DNA of 57,915 nucleotides, counting the filler, from Squatina squatina (Eukaryota), in assembly GCA_031763465.1 (NCBI GenBank). It is 3 parts of 2 records of this genome, joined end to end, with 100 filler letters (N's around TTAATTAATTAA, not from the genome) between each part and the next. Parts side by side here need not be neighbours in the genome. Positions count along the whole stretch, not along the records: positions 1 to 16,780 come from JARFOE010000016.1; positions 16,881 to 28,903 come from JARFOE010000016.1; 1 more part is not named here. One strand, written 5' to 3'. The first letter of the stretch is position 1, and each line of letters starts with the position of its first letter. The position numbers and the translations under genes are program-made. Below are positions 11,691 through 23,964 of the stretch, piece by piece. The notes beneath the pieces are model-generated. The model was not told the DNA's origin and ran no database searches. It was given only the letters and a program-made list of their open reading frames with translations.

Positions 11691-12190
11691 AAATTACATA
11701 GAATTACATAGAATATACAGCACAGGAACAGGCCGTTTGACTCAACTAGTCCATACCGGCGTTTATGCTCCACTCGAGCCTCCTTCCATACTTCCTCATC
11801 TAACTTTATCAGCATAACCCTCTATTCCCTTTACCCTATATGATTTAGCCTCTCCTTAAACGCATCTATACTATTCGCCTCAACCACTCCTTGTGGTACC
11901 GAGTTCCACATTCTTACCACTCTCTGGGTAAAGAAGTTTCTTCTGAATTCCCTATTTGATTTCTTGGTGAATATTTTATATTGATGACCTTTAGTTTTGC
12001 TGTTTCCCACAAATGAAAAAACTCTCTCGTGTCTACTATATCAAAACCTTTCATAATTTTAAAGATCTCTATTAGGCCACCTTTCAGCCTTCTCTTTTAA
12101 AGAGAAAAGAGACCCAGCCTGTTCATCCATAGGTATAACCCCGCATTTCTGGTATCATCCTTGTAAATCTTCTTTCCACCCTCTCCAATA
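11691..12190 (-). mobile_element. CR1 LINE 3' end
   Basis: Repeated ACATAGAAT tail followed by reverse-strand CR1 C-terminal coding sequence (RLGLFSL, FFTQRVVRMWNS). Confidence 0.8.
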
Positions 12191-12296
12191 CATAGAAACA
12201 TAGAAAGTAGGAGCAGGAGTAAGCCATTCAGCCCTTCGGGCCTGCTCCGCCATTCAATATGATCATGGCTGATTGTCCACTTCAGTACCCTGTTCC
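12191..12296 (-). mobile_element. HER1/HE1-type 3' tail inserted into the preceding CR1
   Basis: CATAGAAACATAGAAAGTAGGAGCAGGAGTAAGCCATTCAGCCCTTCGGGCCTGCTCCGCCATTC. Confidence 0.8.
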
Positions 12297-12396
12297 NNNN
12301 NNNNNNNNNNNNNNNNNNNNNNNNNNNNNNNNNNNNNNNNNNNNNNNNNNNNNNNNNNNNNNNNNNNNNNNNNNNNNNNNNNNNNNNNNNNNNNNN

Positions 12397-12800
12397 AGAC
12401 ACAGAGAGAGAGAGAGAGTCTTCTCCAGATAGTGAAGGCAGTCTGTCGGCTAAGTGTGTGTGGGGCGGGGGAGAGATCCTCTCAACTCTCACCAACTTGT
12501 GCAAACTCTTCCTGCTTCTCGCTCCCCTCCTCTCTGCCCACTGAGCATCTTTTCCAGGAGCTTCTTCAAATGCAAAGTGAATCCCTTCTAACGAGGTCCG
12601 TGTGGGTTGCCGAATTTGTGTGATTTTTTTTTGTTTGGCTGATCTGTCGCCGGGCACTGAATGTAAATCCCTTTTTTTTAAAAAAAAACCTGACAGAAGC
12701 AAGATCAGTTTTCAAGGGGTTTGAGTCGCCAACATTTTCTTAAAGCGACAGCGCACCCGAAGCGGCCATGGCACGCGTTCAAATCCTGGCTCTGATCTCA
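12397..12800 (-). promoter_or_regulatory. Putative 5' UTR / promoter region of the CCDC3-family gene
   Basis: Unique, CpG-containing sequence with a (GA)n tract and GGGCGGGG box, just upstream of the gap where the missing coding exon 1 should lie; positional inference. Confidence 0.35.
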
Positions 12801-13064
12801 GAGGCTGTCAGAGCTGCAATAAAGACATTGAGCTCCGGTTATTATGGACTGACTCTGGGCTTCAATTACTTTATTCGGCTGGTATTTGGGTGTCATTAAG
12901 TAACCTAGCTTGCACATAAACCTACCTTGCTTGTTTAAAACAAAAGTCAAACACTGCATTTTTANNNNNNNNNNNNNNNNNNNNNNNNNNNNNNNNNNNN
13001 NNNNNNNNNNNNNNNNNNNNNNNNNNNNNNNNNNNNNNNNNNNNNNNNNNNNNNNNNNNNNNNN

Positions 13065-13432
13065 AGTCACTGTTGTAATGTAGGAAATGCAGCAGCCAAT
13101 TTGTGCACAGCAAGCTCCCACAAACAGCAATGTGATAATGAATAGATAATCTGTTTCAGTGATGTTAATTGAGGGACAAATGTTGTCCAGAACACCCTGG
13201 GATGACTCCCCTGCTCTTCTTCGAAATTGTGCCATGTGACCTTTTACGTCCATCTGAGAGAGCAGATGGGGCCTCGGTTTAACGTCTCATCTAAAAGACG
13301 GCACCACCAACAGTGCAGCACTCCCTCAGTACTGCACTGGAGTGTCAGCCTAGATTTTTGAATTCAAGTCTCTGGAGTGAGACTTTGAACCCACAACAGT
13401 CTGACTCAGACGTAAGGATGCTACCCACTGAC
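13065..13432 (-). mobile_element. Deu-domain tRNA-derived SINE (SacSINE1-like)
   Basis: CAGTGCAGCACTCCCTCAGTACTGCACTG core and a tRNA box B-like head (TTGAACCC); second copy at 43205-43640. Confidence 0.75.
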
Positions 13433-15162
13433 ACAGAGGGGATGAGGTAAGCCACATTTCTCCTACACCCATTGAGGTTGAGGTGAGCTCACTAAAAACG
13501 AAGCTGTTGGACAACTCAATCCCACCTCATTATAGGTGCGGAACAGTGACTTCATTTCTGGTGCTGTAGATTGAGACTGACAGACATTAGGCTCATTGAG
13601 AGTTACATCTGTGTCTCAGGAGTTCAGACCATCTTAGGTTACCAGAATTGAGAGTTCAATTCAGAGTGACACACAGAAAGGTGAACAGTAATGAAAAACA
13701 GCTGTGTTCTGCTGTCAACTGTTTCCTGCCCATGAGCTGCGGCTAGGTAATGTAGAGTACCCAGCAGAAAGAAAGGGGGCTTGGAGAAGCAGGAAACTCA
13801 GTAATGTAGCAGGAAATGGAAGAATGGAAAATAACGTGAGTGTCAGTCAGCACCATAGGCAACACACTGAAGCCTGACAGAGGCTGGGAAGAGGAAATAT
13901 CTCCAACAGCAATGCAGAAATATTTTCTTTCCCTGTGTCACCTATTACACCCAGGATTACATGTACCTTGAAATGTGTTATATACAGGATAATATACTGA
14001 ATAATGTGTTTTCATAGAAAATACCAGGCAATCAGGAGTGTATTACATTGATATATGAGAAGGCTAAAGAAAACGGATCTCAAGACCCTTGGCCAAGCAC
14101 CNNNNNNNNNNNNNNNNNNNNNNNNNNNNNNNNNNNNNNNNNNNNNNNNNNNNNNNNNNNNNNNNNNNNNNNNNNNNNNNNNNNNNNNNNNNNNNNNNNN
14201 NAAGCATACACATTGGAGCCTTAAGTTATGAGATGATTGGAGAATATTTTGTGTTCATGACATGCCATGGCCACAACATGTTTGCACCAGCCATCCCCGC
14301 CCAACCCCAGCTGTTAGAGACACTCATTAGCCCAGAGGAAGGAAGGATTGTGTAAAACCACATTCTTCCTGTCAAGCTTTTCCGAAGAGCACAATTACTC
14401 AGAAGTGTACATCCTCAAACCTCGCTCTAAATCTATAACTGAAATCTGCTCAGCTGCCATTCAACAGCTGAATAACGTCAATGAAATCTATTATTAGAAG
14501 TGGCACATGACCTTTGCTGTCATCACACCAACAGAGATATTTCAGGTCATAGGATTCTTGAAATCATTAAAATGACTGGTTCATATTCTGTAGGCAATAT
14601 CTTGTTACATTAAGAGTGCAGTCATTAGTGTACTGGTGACAGATACGCAGACACAGTTAGGACCAGAAGCGTACAATGGAGAGAAGGGAATTAGTCAGAG
14701 GTGTTTGACACTGTCCCACAGGACAGAAATAAAAGAATGATGTGACAAATGTAAAAGTAATGGTCCAGAAAACAATTGTCATAATCGTCATGGTTACTTC
14801 TGACAAGCTTTGATGGAAATGTCATGGTTAATCTAGGTTATTTCTACATGTTACAGTTGTTAAAAACTGTGACTCCTATGATGAAATGTGGACAATGTTT
14901 GCAATCTAGCAAGCACATCATCATGGCACAGGGGTCCATGTAGACATATATATATCCTGCAATTTAACCACTATGATACCGAGTCCCCTATCATATTTAC
15001 ACACATAGAAATATTTTTTTTATTCGTTCCTGGGATGTGGACGTCGCTGGCAAGTCCATCCCNNNNNNNNNNNNNNNNNNNNNNNNNNNNNNNNNNNNNN
15101 NNNNNNNNNNNNNNNNNNNNNNNNNNNNNNNNNNNNNNNNNNNNNNNNNNNNNNNNNNNNNN

Positions 15163-15575
15163 CTTTGAGAATAAACAGAGGGCACGCAGAGCAGGACAAG
15201 CTGCTGGAAGAGGGAGGAGGAGGAGGGAAAGATCCCAGTAGGAGGCTATATCTACCCAGGGTGTTCAGGGGCAATATTCCTTGCTTAATCTCAGTGAGGA
15301 ACAATGTGTGAGACATCTGCAGTTCAATAAGGATGTCCTCTCTGAAATCTGCAACATGCTGCAGTCACAACTGCATTGCCAGTGGCTTTGAAGGTGCCCG
15401 TGGCGATGAACTTTTATGCTTCGGGCTCCGTCCAGGTTGGAGCTGGAGACATTTGCAACATCGCGCAGTTTGCTGTCTACTGTTGTGTAAGGGAGGTCAC
15501 TGAGGCTCTCTATTCAGAGAGCTTACAAAATTTCATTCTCTCTTGCCAAAGAACAGCAGGCGGAGCGAGCGTGTG
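15163..15575 (+). mobile_element. Harbinger transposase (HARBI1-like) N-terminal pseudogenic fragment
   Basis: Frameshifted YLPRVFR..LNLSEEQCVRHLQFNKDVLSEICNML..LPVALKVPVAMNFYASGSVQVGAGDICNIAQFAVYCCVREVTEALY. Confidence 0.85.
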
Positions 15576-15894
15576 ACATAGAATTACGTAGCACAGAAAC
15601 AAGCAATTTGGCCCAACCAGTTTACGTCGGCATTTAGGCTCTGCTCAAATCGCCTCCCACCTTTCCTCATCTAACTTGATCAGCATAATCCTCTATTTCC
15701 CTCTCCCTCATATGCTTATCTAGCCTGCCCTTAAATGCATCTATACTATTCACTTCAACCACTCCCTATGGCAACAAGTTCCAGGAAATTCTTCTGAATT
15801 CCCTATTTGATTTCTAGGTCATCTTATATGGATGGCCTCTAGTTTTGCTCTTTCTCTGTGGCTACTCTATCAAAACATTTTATAATTTTAAAGA
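15576..15894 (-). mobile_element. CR1 LINE 3' end truncating the transposase fragment
   Basis: Clearly similar to 11691-12070 (e.g. GCATCTATACTATT, TTCTGAATTCCCTATTTGATTTC). Confidence 0.8.
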
Positions 15895-16780
15895 NNNNNN
15901 NNNNNNNNNNNNNNNNNNNNNNNNNNNNNNNNNNNNNNNNNNNNNNNNNNNNNNNNNNNNNNNNNNNNNNNNNNNNNNNNNNNNNNNNNNNNNNTGGTTA
16001 TCCTTGTGTTAATTTCTGTCTGTGGCCATTGTTGATGTGCAAGGACAAACCATCTGAGTAAGCACATGAGAATGAGAGGATTTAGTAGTGCTGAGACCTC
16101 CCCCTAGTACTCACCCTCAATCTGTCCACTGTCATTAATCTTCTACCAGTTTGAGGCACGTGGCTCGACTCAGGAATTAGAACAAGAACATTGGTTGCAT
16201 TGAAGCGAGAAACTACTTCTGAAAATAGTTAATCTGTGGCTTGCGTGTTCTGAGGGTGGTGTGGAGAAATCTGCGAGCGATGAGGAACTTCTGATAAAGC
16301 AACAGATTAAATTATCTAAACAAGATGTCAAGCAGAAGGTTTCCATTGGAATAAACACACAAAGCCTTTAATGCTTCACACGTTCTGTGAAGTCAAATGC
16401 TGCCAAATTAAATGAAGCTACAGATCCCTTGGAAACACAGTGATGCCATGCAGTCTGACTCTGTTCAAAACTATAAGGCTAGAAAAGAATATATCATATG
16501 ACAACACAGCCAGAACAGGCCATATGTTTTGAATACAAGCAAATCTGAATGGCCAGAACAGAACTTTGCATTTGGGATAGCTCAGTGTGTGAGGGTAGTG
16601 ATGGCTTGCTAATGTTTGGAGAGGACTGTTATTATGTATGATTACAAAGATGAATACAGATGAAAGAAACTATTTGGTCCATCTAGTATAGCCTTCCATA
16701 GAAACCTACTATCCCACCAACATAGTTTCCAACAGCTTTCCTACACTTAGTTACATTTTGGTCTCTCCCACTACTCCTTT

Positions 16781-16880
16781 NNNNNNNNNNNNNNNNNNNN
16801 NNNNNNNNNNNNNNNNNNNNNNNNTTAATTAATTAANNNNNNNNNNNNNNNNNNNNNNNNNNNNNNNNNNNNNNNNNNNN
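16781..16880. other. Artificial scaffold spacer (44N-TTAATTAATTAA-44N)
   Basis: 12-mer with stops in all six frames at 16825-16836, centred in Ns; identical construct at 28904-29003. Confidence 0.95.
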
Positions 16881-18489
16881 AAATCCATCAGAAATTTTGA
16901 AAGTACGTATTTTGATGCAGTTGCTTGCTGCACATTAAGAAATGTTTCTGTTGTCTCCATGCTCCGACTCTTGCTGTGCTTAGCTTTAAGTAAGCACTGT
17001 GGGTTGTAGACCCATAGCAAATGAAACTCAACTATTTAACCCCTTAACTAATATGACATAGACTCTGCAAGCTTTGGTTGCATGCCCACCTATGTACCAC
17101 CTGATGAAGTCTATTCCGATATATAATGAGACACAGAGACCTCGCAGTTCTACACCGATGATTGACAGCTTGTATGTATCTCGTATATTGCATATATTTA
17201 TAAATATACTTGAAATGTTTTGAAAAATACTTGTAGTTGATGTGATCAGGTCTAGTCACGTACATAAACTTAAAAGTAAAACTGGCGAGACAAATTGTGA
17301 ATGATCAAATTTTGGTGTGCCTGATACGATTACTTTCTAAGAATTTTTAGGCAGGTTTATTGTCATTTTATTAGAAGAATAAACAGTATAGCAACTTTGA
17401 TAAAAATGTTCTCTAAACTGCAAATTGTTCTGTTTTGTTGATTGACTAGCGTTCGACTGATGAATGAGTTCAGTACAATGCCAGTACCCTCCAAGATAAA
17501 ACCAGGTATGAAATTTCTGAAACAACACATTAACTGGTGTGGCTATATGCTAATAAAGGCTACTGTGAACTCACTTTTATTAAATTTCATTAAAATGACA
17601 TGTTTGAATAGATAGCTACAGAATGGTTTGTAAATTTTTCATTTATAACATTCGCGTTTCAAAATGGAAAGCAAAAAGTCTTCAACACCGTTAAAAGTAA
17701 TTTATGTTGCTATGCATATGCTTTACTTTATTGCATTTTGCAAGAATCTCTTGTGACTGTTATAATCTTTCACAATTATTGTAAGGTACGGGTGATAAAA
17801 CTATTAAAGATATTCGCACTGGAATTCCCTTCGAACCAACCTACATTTATAGACTGCTGACGGTTATCAAGTCAAGTTTATCTGAAAAGGTAAGTTTAGG
17901 GTATTGTTTGCACTCGAGTATGTTGTAATGGTTTGTTTAATCCCAAATGGAGTTTTGGTGTTTCAGTAGCATTGACTGTTATCAAGTCCTTTTAGTACCA
18001 CTGCTATTGTTCTGTTGCAGTTTGAATATGCAATGCTGCAGTGAAACTATGTAAACAAAAGTTATATTGAATGATGTAAGACCCTTGTGCTCATTAACAA
18101 TCCAGATTGGCTTTATCATTTTTATAATACATAATGGTAAAATCCTGTATGTAAACCAGTATGTCAAAGTGGAATTTAAAATGGAAAAGGCACCAGTTCC
18201 TGATAGCAGCTTACAGGAGTGTAGTGATGTGGTAATGAACTAGCAAATGGCAGGCTGAAAAACTGAATTCAATAATTTGCAACCAGTACCAGAAAAAAGA
18301 TTGTCATAAAATCTAATGTCCTTCGGCGAACCTACTACTGCTATCTGTTCTGGCTTACACATCACTCTAGTTCATATTGTGCGGTTGCCGCTTAATGCCT
18401 CTGAAGGGACTACGGAAAACCATTAAATGCATCCTTGCCAGAGTCCCCCGCGTCCTGAGAACAAATTAAAAAAACATTCTGGAACACTA

Positions 18490-18800
18490 AGGGATGTTGA
18501 AAGGAAATAGCAGAGGCTCTAACAATAAGCTTTCAAATATCTTTGTATATTTAAATTGTGCCAGAGGACTGGAAGATTGCCAAAGTAAATCCTCTGTTCA
18601 AGAAGGGAGATAGTGACAAATAGGATAAGTATTGACCAGTCAACCTAATGCTTATAGTAAATACGTTTCTGGAGGCCATATCATTGGATAAATTAATATT
18701 TACAAAGATGGAAGTTAATTTTAGGACAGCCAGCACAGATTTTTAAAAGGCAAATCATGTGACAAACTCAAGAGAATTCTTCAAGGAAATACTAGTGAAT
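18490..18800 (+). mobile_element. CR1 LINE reverse-transcriptase fragment (degenerate)
   Basis: EIAEALTI..VPEDWKIAKVNPLFKKGD, with stops. Confidence 0.8.
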
Positions 18801-18957
18801 CTACTCTGCACCTTTTCCATTTCTTTTATATCCTTCTTGTACTTGGATGTCCAGAATTACACATGATGCTTGAACTGGGGCCTAAAGTCTTGTATAGGTT
18901 CACCATCGGCGCCTTGCTTTGGATTTCCATGTCTCTAGATGCAAAACCAAGTTCCTT

Positions 18958-19290
18958 TCACCCATCACCCCAGTACTTGCTGACCTACATTGACTCTCGG
19001 TCTGCCAATGCTTCAAATTTAAAATTCTCATCCTTGCGTTCAATTCTCGCCTCTATCGTTGTAACCTCCTCCAACACTCCAAAATATCAAATTCTGGCTT
19101 CTTGTGCATCCCCAACCATTGGTGGTCGTGCCTTCAGCTGCCTAGGCCTTCGGCTCTGGAATTCCCTCTGTAAACCTCGGCCGCTCAACCTCATTTAAGA
19201 CATTTCTTAAAACATACATCTTTGACAAGGACTTTGGTCATTTGCCCTAGTTTCCCTTGCATCTCGGTGTCAAATTTTGTTTGATATCCA
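18958..19290 (+). mobile_element. L2-clade LINE 3' fragment
   Basis: PITPVLADLH* ... FKFKIL ... TIGGRAFSCLGLRLWNSL, characteristic of the L2 ORF2 C-terminus. Confidence 0.75.
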
Positions 19291-20370
19291 CCTCTCCTAT
19301 GAATATTAAGGAATAGTATTTTCTCTGATTCGCCACTACCCCTACGTTGTTATTATCGAGATGCCTTTTTATTGCCCTTTATGGGGTTGTTTTCTCACTA
19401 CAGCCACACCCCTCTCAGCCTTTCTCATCTCCCATTATGTAGTTGTCCTATATTCTTCAAAATTATCCTGGCTTTGGCTTTTNNNNNNNNNNNNNNNNNN
19501 NNNNNNNNNNNNNNNNNNNNNNNNNNNNNNNNNNNNNNNNNNNNNNNNNNNNNNNNNNNNNNNNNNNNNNNNNNNNNNNNNNTCACCGAGCCATGCTCTT
19601 CCTGTGATGCTGAAAGGTATTTTTTAATAATCATTAGTTGTTTTCGACTGTCACTGTCTGCAACTGAATTTTTAATTTTTCCCGCCCCCAAGTCTCTACA
19701 TATCAATCGCTTTTCCTGATTGAGGAGTGCTGGAGACCTGCTCCCAATCACTCTGCTATTGCTGGTGCATAGTCAGCTGTTAGGTGAATGAGAGTGATGG
19801 CCATCTAAGCTTCCCGCTTTCTAGAAAAATCGTCGTTACTCCACCCATATTGTTATAGTTAAGATTGGGGATTCCTCCACCCCTCCTCCCCAACCCCACC
19901 CCACTGGGAATCATGGCCATCTTGTATCATCATCACAATGCAGTTGTTGGAATTCCAACATTGTACATCACTGTGCTACCATGTGCAATTGACTTCTTAA
20001 TTTCCTTGCATTGCAAGAAGCAAATGACTTGTGGTATGTTAGTCCATCCACAAACACTTATCCTAAAATTACAAATGCATTTGTATATTTTTCAAAAATG
20101 TTGAGTGGGTGTTTTTCATCTTTCCTTTGCCATAAGTAGTTTGCTGTCAATGATTGAGCAGATTACATGGAAGAGAAAATCTAAAGCAAAATGGTAAAGA
20201 AAAAAAAAAAAAATCTGGTGTGCACATGGATTAAATTTGAGATTGGACAGCAGACCAATCCTGCACATCANNNNNNNNNNNNNNNNNNNNNNNNNNNNNN
20301 NNNNNNNNNNNNNNNNNNNNNNNNNNNNNNNNNNNNNNNNNNNNNNNNNNNNNNNNNNNNNNNNNNNNNN

Positions 20371-20458
20371 CAGAGGATCAAGTGGAGCATAAATGCTGGC
20401 ATGGACTGGTTGGGTTGAATGGCTTGTTCCTGTGCTGTATATCCTATGTATTATGTAC
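20371..20458 (+). mobile_element. CR1 LINE 3' tail
   Basis: Reverse-complement similarity to the tail at 11691-11780; another degraded copy near 35005-35075. Confidence 0.65.
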
Positions 20459-20503
20459 ATTACACTAATTTCTAAATTTGCTCACTTTTTACATTGCCTT
20501 CAG

Positions 20504-20669
20504 GTCTGTGGTGTACCAGCAAAGTTCCAAGGAATCTGCTACCCTTCAGCTATTCTTCTCGCTGCAGCTCGATATACAATCGGAAAAGATTCGTACAGTG
20601 CATGATGCTCTGGAAAGCTTGGTGGCCAGGGAGTCTGTCCAGGGATACACCACTAAAACCAAGCAGGAG
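20504..20669 (+). CDS. USP10: Ubiquitin carboxyl-terminal hydrolase 10, internal exon (166 bp)
   Basis: AG|[56 protein letters not shown]|GT; near-identical to vertebrate USP10. Confidence 0.95.
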
Positions 20670-23072
20670 GTACATGCTATGAATTAAAATGGATTCCAAA
20701 TATAAATGGAATTACTTATGTAATTAAATCTACTTTAATTTCAAACTGCATGCCTTTAATGAGTTCTGTTACCAGGAGTATTATAGACAAACATTTTACT
20801 TTTTAACACCAGTCTGTAAGATTTAGAATACATTTGTTTCACATTAAATGAAAATGTGTGTGCTTTCTGTGTTCCATAAGGTGACAAATTGTTGACATGT
20901 AAAAATGCTCACCAAGTACATGGACATTTTACTATGAAACCATGCTATGTGGGTTTTTGTTGCCACAGATGTCGCCTATTCATTATAATGTTTTGAGCAC
21001 AGAGGTGTCAGTGGATCATGTGTGAGGCATCTGATGTTGATGTCAGCCGAAGGTTGGCTTGCTAAAAACTAATTTATCTTTTTAAGTGTCTTCAAAAATT
21101 CAAAATAGTAATTCATCTGTCAATCATGGAATAGCCTTTTGAAACATCATTAGCGACTTCACGCTTGAATACTCTAGGTTTAATTTTTTTTGGGCAGTAG
21201 TTCTGCACTTTGTGCCCTCAGTTTAACAACAAATGGTGAAAACTTGTCTTCAGATTTGGACAAAGTATTTATCCCTCAATGAGCCTAGAGGTCTGTCAAG
21301 TTCAATTTCTAATTCTACATCTCTCTTTCATACTTGGATTTTGTTATTTATAGTTAAATAGTAATATTTACAAGACTTTGGGAAGCAGAGAAGCCGAGCT
21401 AGTTGAAGCTTGAGTTTCTTTGGTCCGAGCTGAGGAACTGGGAGCTGCAAAGCGGAGGTGCTGCAGTGCCACCACTGGTAGTGGGGTGTAATTGCCAGAT
21501 GTGTTTACATAGCCAGATACAGTTATAGATGTAGACATAAGAATTTAGAATGGGGTAAAGCTGACGCACAAATATGATGAGGAGATGGGTTGTGTCGACA
21601 GGAAGTGCATGCAGACATAAGTGTAGTGTAGTTGTCAGGTGAAGCTGGGTTCCAGCAATTTCTTCTCTATCTTAGTTTAATGGCTGTCTTTCTTCCCTCT
21701 CTTTTCCCCTCCCCACCACTCCCAACCCATCACCCAATGCTGTACACAATAGAGGCAATTAGTCCATGCAACAAAGCTTGGTATTTTGGGCACACATTAC
21801 CCATGATTTTCCAACCATTGAAATGAATGGTCAGAAAATCCCGTGCAGCTCAGATTTCAGTTTGCACTGCCAGCAGCCAAGGCTTCATGCCAGCATTGCA
21901 GACATGTAAATTTACAACTATATCCTGACCTGAAGGGTGCCATTCTGGTGTTTCTGACCATGCCACTTGGGACTGAATGCTGAGCAGTATGTAGGAGCAG
22001 CCTTGTTGATTTGCCTTCAAGTTCTTATTTTTCTTCCTGTAGGGGAAGTGTTGCATCTNNNNNNNNNNTTATCCAGGTGTAATTGGAAGAGAACTGAATA
22101 GATGAGTGAAGATGTAAATGCTTGGGAATTGTATGCAGTTTGCGATCGAAGACAAATTGTCCGTTTATTACACACTGTAGCTATTTCTAGTGTTTAGGAG
22201 TAATTAAGTAAAAATGTATTGGAATTTTTTGTACTAGCATAACTTTTATAGGCTGCCATAAGATTTCAAAAACTATTAAGTAAACTCTATGGTAAGGAAA
22301 GTAAGTTGATCTAGTTTCCTAATAAAAAGTAGTGTGTTAGTACTTTGGATTTTTTTCCCCAAACTCTCACTGATCCCAAATTTGCTTATGAAACTAGTAA
22401 ACATTCTCGTGCTGCAAGGCTTGNNNNNNNNNNNNNNNNNNNNNNNNNNNNNNNNNNNNNNNNNNNNNNNNNNNNNNNNNNNNNNNNNNNNNNNNNNNNN
22501 NNNNNNNNNNNNNNNNNNNNNNNAGTTTGCTTATCCAGAGACCAGTTTGAAAGGGAGTGACACACTGATTGTAAACCATGTAAGAAGTATACCAGCTAAG
22601 CTTGCAATGAAGCATGTTACTTGGTGAAAGATAATGCAATATTTTGACCACAAACGTGCCTAAAGTGCAGTTTCTTTGTCACTGTATTGTTATGAAATAT
22701 TTGATAAATACCCCATAACGCAAATTGTAAACTCTCGAATTCCTGAACCTATCACTAAATGTTTGTAAAAGGTGTTACGTATGGCAAACCTGCAAGTTAC
22801 TTTGACATAATGAAACAAAATGATCCAGAATTGGAAGCACAAGCCAGATGGGCTGAATGACATTCCTTGTCCGTGGTCTTATTGCAAAAGAACAAGATTC
22901 AAGAATGCTAAACCCATTTATATTAAAAAATATATATATAAATTATGTATGTATTTGTAGAAGTTGGAAAATGTCAGCTACAGAATATTGACTGTTATTG
23001 GTTGCAGAATGTTACTTAAAAATGTGTCCTATTTGTTTTCAGTGCCGACAGTGTTTTTTCTTTCTCTTTCAG

Positions 23073-23260
23073 TTGTCTATCACCATGGAAACAGTGCAAC
23101 TGGTGGACATTACACTACAGATGTCTTCCACATTGGTCTTAACGGCTGGCTGCGCATTGATGACCAGATAGTGAAAGTGATAAATCAGTACCAGGTTGTA
23201 AAGCCCTCTGTTGAACGTACAGCCTACCTCCTGTACTATCGCCGAGTTGATCTGCTGTGA
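23073..23260 (+). CDS. USP10: USP10 last coding exon (His box)
   Basis: Polypyrimidine tract and AG, then [61 protein letters not shown]. Confidence 0.97.
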
Positions 23261-23958
23261 CCTGTCACTGCTGTGTTGCTCCAGCATCTTGCTTCCCCAG
23301 AGCACCAACTGTCAGATAAACCCTTCCCTCCCTCATTGCAACTTTCCAAATCCACTCTCGGTAACTTCAGATTAAAGTTTAAATGGGAAAAACCTGGAGA
23401 TGTGCACCAGCACCAGCAGCAAATCTTGTAGATTTATGTCTATATGTGACATCTTTCATAACATTTAACTTCATATGAATCAGTCGCTAATGTTTTCGCT
23501 TTTGATAATAGGTAACACTTGAGCCCATGTTTTTGGGGGAGGGAAACGTGTTCCATTGTGCTGAATGCTTTGGTGTTTTAATGAGAAAAACTTGCGTGTG
23601 TGATTACTGGGTGTTGAGTAGCAGTAGGATGCTGACAGTTTAAAAAAAAATGCTTAACGAAAAAGCTTAACTGCACGTTACAAAATAACATGCAAATCCA
23701 CATTTGAGGTTGAAACGTTGAGTCTGCGTAGATGGGTGATTGTAACCTTAATGCAGTTACTAAGACTTCTGATTGCAATTATGCTTCTGTGTACACAATT
23801 GAAACTTGATGAAAAAAAAAGATGATTGATATAATTCCATTAACAGTTCAGTCTGGCTTTGTTTACTTTCTGTGGTTTTGCTCTTCTCTAATTGTTGAAA
23901 TGGAACTGTACACAATTTAGTGATATTTATAGAAAATTGAGTTTGTCACCCATCAGTT

Positions 23959-23964
23959 AATAAA
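23959..23964 (+). terminator. Candidate USP10 polyadenylation signal AATAAA
   Basis: AATAAA about 700 bp after the stop, in AT-rich UTR-like sequence with upstream TGTA motifs. Confidence 0.55.

Noticed and set aside
16170-16370. Possible exon on + (..GVEKSASDEELLIKQQIKLSKQDVKQK..)
   Set aside because: No recognisable homology and no consistent splice pair.
16825-16836. TTAATTAATTAA as a biological repeat or homeodomain site
   Set aside because: Centred in symmetric N runs and repeated identically; an assembly linker.
21860-21990. Faint resemblance to LF-SINE on the - strand
   Set aside because: Similarity too patchy to support without an alignment.
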